From NCBI GenBank assembly GCA_903936775.1, contig CAIZWU010000198.1:48-64047 (forward strand): DNA of 64,000 bases, read 5' to 3'. The first letter of the stretch is position 1; each line of letters begins with the position of its first letter. A program made the position numbers and the translations under genes. The DNA is from an uncultured bacterium (lineage in GTDB: Bacteria > Verrucomicrobiota > Verrucomicrobiia > Verrucomicrobiales > V1-33). Of this stretch, positions 56,032-64,000 are shown piece by piece. Under the pieces are notes generated by a model. That model saw only the letters and a list, made by a program, of their open reading frames with translations. It searched no databases and was not told where the DNA came from.

Positions 56032-58557
56032 ATGAAGAAATTAACGACGGCCGCGCTTTTTCTGACCAGTCTTTGCTGGTCGGGCCGGGTCGAGGCGCAG
56101 CCGCCGGCTCCAGCCAACCCGGTGGGTAGGCTGGCCGATTATCAGCAGGCCACCGCGGCCCTGCGGGATAAGTTGCCCGAAGTGGCGATCCTCAAGCTGC
56201 GCCGGATGATTGACGGAGGGAAGCTGAAACCGGACCAGCATGGACCGGTCCTTCTGCTGCTGGCGGAAGCGCTGGTGCGGGCAGGCCGGGCGGGAGAGGC
56301 CCTGACAGTGTGTCAGCAGGAGGCCTTGAAGGAGTCGCCGGAAGCACGGTTCTGGCAGGCCCAGGCCGAGGCTCGCATAGGCCGGTGGCGCGAGGCGGAA
56401 GCCGGATTCTCCGAACTGGGCAACGTCCGGGATTTTCGTTACGCGGCCGAGACCGCCTTTTCGCGCGCCGCGATGCTGGGCGCCCTGGGCGATCTCGAGC
56501 GGGCCGGGCGGGTGCTGGCAGCGCTGCGTCAACCCGCCGGCACCGGGACTGCCGAACGCGCCATATTGTGGTCGGCGGAATTGATGCTGGCCGCAGAACG
56601 TCCTGCGGAAGCCGCCGCGCTGCTGGAGGAAAGCGCGCCAGGGGGACGCAACACCGCCGAACGGCAATATCTGCAGGCCAAGATTGCGCTATTGTCAGGA
56701 GATGGGGCCAATGCCGAAGGATTGTTCACTGTATTGGCTGCCGATGAATCAACCGCGTCAGCCCGTCTCCAGCAGGCCGCCCGGCTGGGCCGGGCGTGGG
56801 CTCTGCGGGTTCAGGGGAAAAAAGACGAGGCGCTGCCAGTATTGCGCCAGGTGGTAACCGCGGTGCCTACCCCATCCGCCGACGTGCTCGACCGCGCCTT
56901 CCAGGAACTGGAGGTCCTGAACGATCCACCCACCGAGGAGATCCAGACTTTTTTGAATGCCCTGGCCGCAGGTTCAGATCCTGGGCTTAAAATCCGGTCG
57001 CGTCTTGCCTTGGCGGCCGCCTTGGAATCGCTGGCAGAGGCCGCCCCGGCCGATGCCGCATGGGCCGCGATTTCCCGGGATTTTGCGGATCATCCGCTCA
57101 GGTCGTCCGCCTTGCTGCGGCAGGCCCAATATCTTATCGGACAAAAGCGCCGCGCCGAAGCCCAGCCGCTGCTGCTACAATTGCGCACCTTGTCGCCTTC
57201 ACCGGCGGTGGCTGCGTGGACCGCCTGGGCATCAGGTCAGGCGGAATACGACGCCAAGGCCTACCGGGCCGCGTCCGGATTTTTCAAGGAAGCCTCCGCC
57301 AAATCTCCCGACCTCCCCGTGCGGGCAGCAGCCTCCTACAATGCCGCCTTGGCCGAACTCCAGTCCGGCAATGCCAACCCCGCGAAGAGCCTGGCACTGA
57401 TCGACGGATCCCCCTTGGCCGAATACCAGATGGCCGGCGCGGAGTTTCATTTGGAACGGGCTCTGCGCATGGCTTCGCTGGGGCAGGAGGAAGCCGCCGC
57501 AGGGCTGGCCGCCTTTGCGGAAAACCTTCCGGACCATCCCCGGCGGTTCGATGCCCTGATCGCTCTCGCCGAAGTGGCCCTGCGCAGCGATTCCCCCCGG
57601 ACGGATGAAGCGGTCCGGCAGCTCGCGGCCGCCCGGGAAGCAGCCCGCGAACCGTGGCAACTGGAACGGGTGGCCCTGCTGGCCTGTTACGTCGCGGAGG
57701 CCGCCCAGGGCCCCGAAGCCCTCGCCACCAAGGGACAGCAATTCCTCACGGATTACCCGAAGTCCGCCGCTGCCACGGATCTCCGCATGAAGCTGGCGCA
57801 GACCGCCTATCAACGCGAAAATTTCAGCGGCGCCCGCCAGCTGTTTGACGCCATCGCGGAGGGCGATCCACTCCATCCCCTCGCGGAAGCCGCTCTTTTC
57901 TGGGCCGGCCGTGCCGCCCTCCTGACCATGGAGCCGACCGCCGACCAGCAGGCCGTGGTTTTGTGGGAAAAAGTTGTGGCGAAGGGAGGCCCTCTCAAAT
58001 GGCAGGCCCGTCTCCAGGAAGCCCTGCTCAATCAGCGCCAGCGCAAACCCGCTGCCGCCCTCCAGTTGCTCGACGAACTCATCGCGCCCGCCGCTACGCC
58101 CCCGCCGGATGACACCACCCGCTGGCAGGCCCTCAGCGTGCGCGGGGAAATCCTCGCCGCCCCGGCCATGAAGCCGGAAGAACAGGCGCTGGGCCTCGCC
58201 TCCTTTGATCAAGTAATCGGTTCCCCCGGCCTCCCCCCCGGGTGGCTGCGCCAGACCTTGGTGCGCAAGGGCGTCTGCCTCGAAGCCCTGAAACGCCCGG
58301 ACGAAGCCCTCGAAGCCTACTACGATGTCCTCGCCAATCCTCCGGAGTCCGCTCCCGGTGGCGGGGTGGCGGATGATTATTGGTTCCACCGCGCCGGGGA
58401 TAAAGCCCGCCGCCTGCTCGAAGGCGCACGAAAATACGAGGAAGCGATTGAGATTGCCAAAAAGTTGGCCAAAGCTCCCGGCCCGCGAGGCCGTGCCGCT
58501 GCGGAATTGGTGGACGAGCTTGCCTTGAAATACGGCATCTGGACCAGCAGTCCTTAG
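56032..58557 (+). CDS. Secreted tetratricopeptide-repeat protein
   Basis: Signal peptide ends VEA-Q, followed by many Ala/Leu-rich helical repeats with F..YP.S and A..AL..AG patterns. Confidence 0.8.
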   Translation: MKKLTTAALFLTSLCWSGRVEAQPPAPANPVGRLADYQQATAALRDKLPEVAILKLRRMIDGGKLKPDQHGPVLLLLAEALVRAGRAGEALTVCQQEALKESPEARFWQAQAEARIGRWREAEAGFSELGNVRDFRYAAETAFSRAAMLGALGDLERAGRVLAALRQPAGTGTAERAILWSAELMLAAERPAEAAALLEESAPGGRNTAERQYLQAKIALLSGDGANAEGLFTVLAADESTASARLQQAARLGRAWALRVQGKKDEALPVLRQVVTAVPTPSADVLDRAFQELEVLNDPPTEEIQTFLNALAAGSDPGLKIRSRLALAAALESLAEAAPADAAWAAISRDFADHPLRSSALLRQAQYLIGQKRRAEAQPLLLQLRTLSPSPAVAAWTAWASGQAEYDAKAYRAASGFFKEASAKSPDLPVRAAASYNAALAELQSGNANPAKSLALIDGSPLAEYQMAGAEFHLERALRMASLGQEEAAAGLAAFAENLPDHPRRFDALIALAEVALRSDSPRTDEAVRQLAAAREAAREPWQLERVALLACYVAEAAQGPEALATKGQQFLTDYPKSAAATDLRMKLAQTAYQRENFSGARQLFDAIAEGDPLHPLAEAALFWAGRAALLTMEPTADQQAVVLWEKVVAKGGPLKWQARLQEALLNQRQRKPAAALQLLDELIAPAATPPPDDTTRWQALSVRGEILAAPAMKPEEQALGLASFDQVIGSPGLPPGWLRQTLVRKGVCLEALKRPDEALEAYYDVLANPPESAPGGGVADDYWFHRAGDKARRLLEGARKYEEAIEIAKKLAKAPGPRGRAAAELVDELALKYGIWTSSP

Positions 58558-58590
58558 GCCGCCGTACTTCGTTGGTCCACCCTCTTTCCC

Positions 58591-59667
58591 ATGTCACACG
58601 TCAAGCTCTTTATCCCCGGTCCCGTCGAAGTCAGTGCCAAAACCCAGCAGGCCATGATCCAGCCGCTGATGGGCCACCGCAGCAAGGATTTCCAAGCCCT
58701 CTACGAACGGATCATGCCCGGCCTGAAGACGATCTTCGGCACCGCCCAACCGGTCTTCCTCTCCACTTCCTCCGCCTGGGGCGTGATGGAAGGTTCGATC
58801 AGGAATCTCGTCACCAAAAAGGTCCTGAACTGCTGCTGCGGGGCTTTTTCGGACAAATGGTATGATGTCTCCCTCGCCTGCGGCAAACAGGCCGAAGCCC
58901 TCAAGGTCGCCTGGGGCCAGCCAATCACTCCGGAAGCGGTCGATGAACGGCTTGCCACCGGCGAATTCGACGCCATCACCCTCGTGCATAACGAAACTTC
59001 CACCGGCGTGCTCAGCCCGCTGAAGGAGATCGCCGCGGTGGTGAAAAAATATCCCGGCGTCAGCCTGATCACCGATACCGTCAGCAGTTTCAGCACCGTG
59101 CCGATCGATTTCGATGAACTCGGCCTCGACGTGATGCTCCTCGGCACCCAGAAGGCGCTCGCCCTCCCGCCCGGCATGGCCCTTTTCGCGATCAGTGAGG
59201 CCGCCCTCGCCAAAGCCGCCACCGTCAAAGACCGCGGTTATTACTTCGACTTCGTGGAGTTCCGTAAGAATGCGGACAATTTCATGACTCCCAGCACCCC
59301 GGTCATCCCGCTGATCTTCGCCCTCGAAAGCAAACTCGAGGACATCTTCGCCGAAGGTCTGGAAAATCGCTACACCCGCCATGCCCAGCTCAATGACATG
59401 GTCCACGCCTGGGTGCGGAAACACGGCTTCGACTTTTTTGCGCCGGAAGGTTACCGCTCCAAGTCGCTCACCTGCGTCCAAAACAGCAAGGAAATCGACA
59501 CCGCCAAGCTGGTCTCCCTGATGAAGAAAAACCACCTCATGGCCATCGACGGCGGTTACGGTAAAATCAAAGGCACCACCTTCCGCCTCAGCAACATGGG
59601 CGACGAAACGGAAACCACCATCAACGAATTGATCGCGGCGCTCGACGACTCCATGGCCAAGCTGTGA
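58591..59667 (+). CDS. Class V PLP-dependent aminotransferase (alanine-glyoxylate/serine-pyruvate family)
   Basis: LFIPGPV, GHRS, VHNETSTG, DTVSS, the PLP lysine in GTQKALALPPG, TPSTP and FRLSNMG. Confidence 0.92.
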   Translation: MSHVKLFIPGPVEVSAKTQQAMIQPLMGHRSKDFQALYERIMPGLKTIFGTAQPVFLSTSSAWGVMEGSIRNLVTKKVLNCCCGAFSDKWYDVSLACGKQAEALKVAWGQPITPEAVDERLATGEFDAITLVHNETSTGVLSPLKEIAAVVKKYPGVSLITDTVSSFSTVPIDFDELGLDVMLLGTQKALALPPGMALFAISEAALAKAATVKDRGYYFDFVEFRKNADNFMTPSTPVIPLIFALESKLEDIFAEGLENRYTRHAQLNDMVHAWVRKHGFDFFAPEGYRSKSLTCVQNSKEIDTAKLVSLMKKNHLMAIDGGYGKIKGTTFRLSNMGDETETTINELIAALDDSMAKL

Positions 59668-59689
59668 AGGCCTGCCAAGGATGCTGACG

Positions 59690-59794
59690 GGGCCACGGAT
59701 GGCGCGGATGGATTCAGGAAGAGGCCGGGCAAAACGCCCTCCGCGCCTGCCCCCATATTTGCGTTATCCGTCCCATCGCTGTTATCCGTGGCCC
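59690..59794. repeat. REP-like element with CCACGGAT/ATCCGTGG terminal inverted repeats
   Basis: Perfect 11-bp inverted repeat GGGCCACGGAT (59690-59700) / ATCCGTGGCCC (59784-59794), with inner CGGAT/ATCCG copies. Confidence 0.65.
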
Positions 59795-59840
59795 ACCCAC
59801 AGCCTTCCGGCTCCAATAACCATCACCAGTCAACTTCCCC

Positions 59841-60758
59841 ATGCTCTCCTTCTCCACCTGCTGGAACAGCAGCCGTCATACCGACGGGGAGGTCATGGTG
59901 GATGAGATCCTCAGCCTGGGGGTGGACACCATCGAGATCAGTCACGGGCTGAAGGTTTCGTTATTGCCCGGCATCCGCAAGGCCTTCCAGGCCGGACGCA
60001 TCAAGGTCTCCGGCGTGCATAACTTCTGCCCCTCGCCGGTGGAATTGATGATTGATGCTCCGGACGCCTATGAGTTCACCAGCCATCGCCCGCACGACCG
60101 GGAGCGCGCCATGGCCCTGACCCTGAAGACCATCGAAACCGCCGCCGAGTACCACGCCAAATACGTCGTACTCCACCTCGGCACGGTGCCCATGGGCAAG
60201 CCTTCATCCAAACTCACGGACATGGTGGTGGAAGGGAAACTCAACAGCCGGAAATACGTCAGCGAAAAACTGAAGATGATCCGGACCCGCGAGGGGCTGA
60301 GCCGCCTCTATTTCGGCCGCGCCCGCGAAGCCCTCGCCAAAATCGCGGAGCATGCTGAAAAATTCGGCGTCCCCGTCGCCATCGAAAGCCGCAGCCACTA
60401 CGAGCAGGTGCCCAATGAACGCGAGATGGTTCCCTTGATGGAGGAATTCGCCGGCCCCTGGGTCGGTTATTGGCACGACTTCGGTCACGTCCAGCTCAAG
60501 GCCAACCTCAGTCTGCTCGACCACTATCAATGGCTCTCCCGCATGACGCCCTGGCTGATCGGCTGCCACCTGCATGACGTCATCTGGCCGGAGCGTGATC
60601 ATCGCGTTCCCTTTCAGGGCAGCGTGGATTTCGACCGGTTGCTGCCGCTCGTGCCCAAGGACAAACCCATCGTCTGGGAACTCAGCCACCGGCGGAAAAA
60701 AGAGGACATCCTGATGGCCCTGCCACTCTGGCGCGCTAAATTCCCCGACTGGTGTTGA
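59841..60758 (+). CDS. Sugar phosphate isomerase/epimerase (xylose isomerase-like TIM barrel)
   Basis: IEISHG, VHNFCP, VVLHLG, AIESR, WHDFGH, HLHD and DHRVP..GSVDF metal-binding motifs. Confidence 0.85.
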   Translation: MLSFSTCWNSSRHTDGEVMVDEILSLGVDTIEISHGLKVSLLPGIRKAFQAGRIKVSGVHNFCPSPVELMIDAPDAYEFTSHRPHDRERAMALTLKTIETAAEYHAKYVVLHLGTVPMGKPSSKLTDMVVEGKLNSRKYVSEKLKMIRTREGLSRLYFGRAREALAKIAEHAEKFGVPVAIESRSHYEQVPNEREMVPLMEEFAGPWVGYWHDFGHVQLKANLSLLDHYQWLSRMTPWLIGCHLHDVIWPERDHRVPFQGSVDFDRLLPLVPKDKPIVWELSHRRKKEDILMALPLWRAKFPDWC

Positions 60759-60816
60759 TCCCCGGCCCTCTCCGGCTTGATTCGTCGTCCCTGCTGATTC
60801 CCGTTCCCCTTTTTCC

Positions 60817-61323
60817 ATGCTGAAATCTATCAAGGACCTTTTTACCCTGGTGCGTGATAACGATACCGCCACCCTGCTGCGCCTCTTCCACAGCCTGGAG
60901 GCCCCCCCCGCCATCCAATTCCTGAAATATGGCATCTGCGGCGTCGGCGCCCTCATCATCCACACCGGAGTTTACCTCGCGCTGATCTATTTCGTGTGGC
61001 CGGAACTGAACGATCCGAAGATGGACGATTGGCTGCGCGCCAAGTCCACCTTCGCGCCCACCGCCATCGCTTTTCTCTTCTCCAATGCCTTCGTTTATTG
61101 GCTGAACATGAAGTGGGTTTTCACACCCGGCCGGCACCAGCCGGTCAAGGAGTTCCTTCTCTTCACCGCGGTCAACCTGCCGGGCGCCCTGATGGGAACC
61201 CTCGCCCAGGGCGCGCTGGTTTATTTCCTCCACTGGCCGAAGTGGGCCGCCCTCGCCGGTTTCATCCTGCCTAATGTTCTGATCAACTTCATCTGCCGGA
61301 AGTTCTTCATCTTCCAGAAATAG
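60817..61323 (+). CDS. GtrA family membrane protein
   Basis: QFLKYGICGV, four TM helices, YWLNMKWVF and a terminal NFICRKFFIF. Confidence 0.85.
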   Translation: MLKSIKDLFTLVRDNDTATLLRLFHSLEAPPAIQFLKYGICGVGALIIHTGVYLALIYFVWPELNDPKMDDWLRAKSTFAPTAIAFLFSNAFVYWLNMKWVFTPGRHQPVKEFLLFTAVNLPGALMGTLAQGALVYFLHWPKWAALAGFILPNVLINFICRKFFIFQK

Positions 61324-61393
61324 GCCGGGCCTGCTTTACCGTCTCGGGAGGATGGGTAACATTCCTGACGCCCCCTGGACTGACGTCGTCCGG

Positions 61394-61993
61394 TCAGATT
61401 TCCCAGTCCAGGGATGACTCCGTGGCGGCTTTCTCCACCGCCAGCACCACCGGCGGTGCATTCCTCGCATTCAGCGTGCGGTATTCGGTCACCTGCCACT
61501 GGCGCGGGGGCAATCCTGACGCAAAATCCCGCAGCACCTGCGCCTCTTCCGCCCCCCCGGCATGGCCCGGATACAGCACCAGCAACAACAGGCCACCGGG
61601 CCGCAGCAACTCCAGCGCGGCCCGCACCGCCGGCAGGGTGGTTTCCGCCCGCGTGATCACCGATTTATCCCCGCCCGGCAGATACCCCAGATTGAAAATC
61701 ACGGCCGCCATCCGGCCTTCTGCATCCCCCGGCAGATGGGCCACCATGTCCTCATGGCTCGCTCCGACCAATTGATAGCAGGCTTCCGGCACCCCCCAGC
61801 GCTGCAGCAGCCGCTGCGTCGCGGCAATCGCTTCCGGCTGCACATCGAAGGCAAAAACCTTCCCCTCCGGCCCGATCAATTGGGCCAGAAAATGGGTGTC
61901 ATGGCCATTGCCCGCCGTGGCATCTACCGCCAGATCTCCCGGAAGCAATCTTTCCCGCAACATCGTGTGACAATATTCGACCGCAGATAACAT
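61394..61993 (-). CDS. mnmM: SAM-dependent methyltransferase, YtqB/MnmM family
   Basis: AVDATAGNGHDTHFLA, FAFDVQ, SHE, FNLGYLPGGDKSVIT and YPGH.GG.EE are family motifs. Start at ATG 61993. Confidence 0.85.
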   Translation of the reverse strand: MLSAVEYCHTMLRERLLPGDLAVDATAGNGHDTHFLAQLIGPEGKVFAFDVQPEAIAATQRLLQRWGVPEACYQLVGASHEDMVAHLPGDAEGRMAAVIFNLGYLPGGDKSVITRAETTLPAVRAALELLRPGGLLLLVLYPGHAGGAEEAQVLRDFASGLPPRQWQVTEYRTLNARNAPPVVLAVEKAATESSLDWEI

Positions 61994-62000
61994 AAAAACA

Positions 62001-62050
62001 GGGCAGGGGAAGGGACAGGGAAAGGGACAGGGAAAGGGAAGGAAAAGGGG
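62001..62050 (+). repeat. Purine-rich G-tract repeat (AGGGACAGGGAA units)
   Basis: GGGCAGGGGAAGGGACAGGGAAAGGGACAGGGAAAGGGAAGGAAAAGGGG. Confidence 0.75.
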
Positions 62051-62136
62051 CGTGAAAATAACGGCAGGATTCCACTCTGCACCAGCAAATCCCGCTGATT
62101 CCACCACCCCTCCCGATTCTGCCCCTCCTGTTTCTC

Positions 62137-63201
62137 TCAATTCCCGGCCACATCCAGCTCCATCGGCAGCGCCGTTCCATGGACCAGATGCTCCGCCAGC
62201 AGCCGCGCATAACGCGGCCCGTGCAGCACGCCCTTCGACCCCAATCCGTTGAAAAAAGCCAGGGTCCGGTGCACCGGATGCCGCCCCAGCCGGGCCAGGC
62301 TTTGATGGATAATCGGCCGCACCGCCGCCTCGTGACCTGTCACCGTCCACGGCACCCGCAGCAGCCGGCCCAGCCGTTCCTCCAGTTCCGCCCGCGCGGC
62401 CGCCGTGGGCACCTGATCCAGTTCATCCCAGGTGTAGGTCGATCCGGTGCGGAAGCTCCCCGCGCCATCCATCGGCAGCAGCCAGCCGCCGTGATTCACA
62501 ATCCGGCGTTCCCCAGCAAGGTCAGGAATCGAAAGCGACAAAATCTCTCCCTTGGCACATTTCCAAGTCACCCAGGGAAACCACGGATTCCGCCGCGCCT
62601 CGGCTCCTTCACAAAACACCACCGCAGCCATCCGTTCGCCGTCCGGCAGCGTCACCCCCAGCGCATCCGGCCGCAGCGATGCGGCTTCCAGCCGGCCCCG
62701 GCGGAGCATCCCGCGCGATTCCAACCAAGCCGCACTGTCGGCCAGCCAGTTCCGTGTATCCAGCCAGCCGCTCGTTGCCATTTCAAATCCCTCGCCCGCC
62801 CCTTTGAATTTAGTCAAATCCACCAAGGGCGCCCCGCGTGCCGGCGCCACATGTGCCTCAAATTCCGGCTGGCCGTGTTTGGCCGCAAACCGCTGAGGCT
62901 CCTCCGCATTGCGCCACAACCGCACCTGCCGCCTTTCGTGGAAATGCGCCCGGCCCAGCACCCGGGACGATTCCGCGTAACACGCCAAAGCCTCCGGCAA
63001 AAACGTGCCTGCCTCATGGCTCAGGGCCACCCGTTTGCCCGTGATCGGGGTCACGATCCCCGCCGCCACCTTCGACGAGGTCACCGTCTCTCCCGGATCC
63101 ACCACCACCACCCGCGATCCCAGCCGCACCAACTCCCACGCCAGCAAGGTCCCCGCCAGCCCCTGGCCACAAATCATGATAGGATCGGGCAGGGGAATCA
63201 T
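62137..63201 (-). CDS. FAD-dependent oxidoreductase, DAO family (MnmC C-terminal oxidase-like)
   Basis: Rossmann motif ICGQGLAG, SSKVAAG, AKGEIL, GSTY, AAVRP and FNGLGSKG..P..A..LA. Start at ATG 63201 inferred. Confidence 0.85.
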   Translation of the reverse strand: MIPLPDPIMICGQGLAGTLLAWELVRLGSRVVVVDPGETVTSSKVAAGIVTPITGKRVALSHEAGTFLPEALACYAESSRVLGRAHFHERRQVRLWRNAEEPQRFAAKHGQPEFEAHVAPARGAPLVDLTKFKGAGEGFEMATSGWLDTRNWLADSAAWLESRGMLRRGRLEAASLRPDALGVTLPDGERMAAVVFCEGAEARRNPWFPWVTWKCAKGEILSLSIPDLAGERRIVNHGGWLLPMDGAGSFRTGSTYTWDELDQVPTAAARAELEERLGRLLRVPWTVTGHEAAVRPIIHQSLARLGRHPVHRTLAFFNGLGSKGVLHGPRYARLLAEHLVHGTALPMELDVAGN

Positions 63202-63501
63202 CGGGGAAGTGCGGAGGGAAAATCCAAAATCAGTCCGTTTTACTCGATCCGAACCCGTCCGGCCAAAAGCGCGGAATTCGGCTCCATCCAGAATTCGCCG
63301 CTCCTTTTCATCCGTTTGAAAGCGTGGGCGGCTTCTCTCCAAACTGTTCCACTCGAGTTGCCCCAGCTCTGGAACATTCTGGCCCTTGGAGAGCGAGTCA
63401 GGTGCGGAGCCCCGGAAACTGAAACTAGGTTCGTTCAGATCAGAAAATGGACCGTCCAGATCGAAGCATTCCAACTCCCCCCCCCGTTCAAAGGGTAATT
63501 A

Positions 63502-63529
63502 ACTTCCGACAATGTATGTCATGTAAAAC
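63502..63529 (+). other. dif-like XerC/XerD recombination site
   Basis: ACTTCCGACAA-TGTATG-TCATGTAAAAC in an AT-rich intergenic region. Compare B. subtilis dif ACTTCCTAGAA-TATATA-TTATGTAAACT and E. coli dif GGTGCGCATAA-TGTATA-TTATGTTAAAT. Confidence 0.6.
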
Positions 63530-64000
63530 AAAGAAATGATACAGGGAAGCCAAAGACTTTGTGGACGATTTTCACACATTCCCATCGTCGGAAAATTGAC
63601 GATGCCCGCCAATCAAGTCAGCTCTGCTCGTCCATTTCAAAAATTGAACTATCGTCCTTTGAAAAGAACGGCGGGATCGGTGGCGGTTCGTCCGGCGCAG
63701 AGGACGCCCGCCAGAGTAGATCTGCGTCGTGAAAACGGTCCTGTCGAAGCCCGACGACCTTGGGCTTTGGCTTCGCTATGATCCCGAGGTCGGTTTTGAA
63801 CGAATCTGGAGTTTTTACGGCGGAATTCGCTCATTCTCCTTATAATTCTGCCAAATCCGCCCAGCGGCAGCCATGAAAAACTTTTACCTAACGATTGAAT
63901 CAACCAGGCGCAGGGCGGTGTTTTCCAACAGCCATCCTGGCGGAGACTGTTTTGATTGACGTTTCTGAACAATTTTTTTCACAATCCTCTTGCACCATGG

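Noticed and set aside
63649-63972. 107-aa minus-strand ORF near the window end
   Set aside because: Atypical composition, no motif and a non-ATG start; probably non-coding.
1-64000. CRISPR arrays, tRNA/rRNA genes, transposases, integrases and prophage genes
   Set aside because: None seen; the repeats found are short tandem or palindromic elements without unique spacers.

Overview
GC-rich bacterial chromosomal segment, most likely Verrucomicrobiota. The inference rests on a PEP-CTERM protein, a PVC-type CxxCH heme protein, a DUF1800/DUF1501 pair and an RpiB-GlyA fusion. It carries about 40 protein-coding genes, mostly housekeeping (upp, recD2, recQ, priA, glyA, folP, hisJ-family, acnA, hisD, ABC-F), plus a vapBC toxin-antitoxin pair, a small patch of pseudogene fragments and several REP-like palindromes. 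I saw no rRNA, tRNA, CRISPR array, transposase or integrase. Highlights: (1) a 2851-aa secreted protein joining phytase-like, PhoD, choice-of-anchor-I and 5'-nucleotidase domains behind a Pho-box-like promoter; (2) a translationally coupled operon of three secreted paralogues built from a repeated helical module plus a CBM-like beta-sandwich; (3) a single-ORF LMW phosphatase-RpiB-GlyA triple fusion; (4) an adjacent MnmM methyltransferase and MnmC-oxidase-like gene pair, a candidate split mnm5s2U tRNA pathway; (5) a dif-like Xer site at 63502-63529, with KOPS-like octamers polarised toward it, suggesting the window ends at the replication terminus. All family assignments come from motif recognition by eye; no database searches were run.
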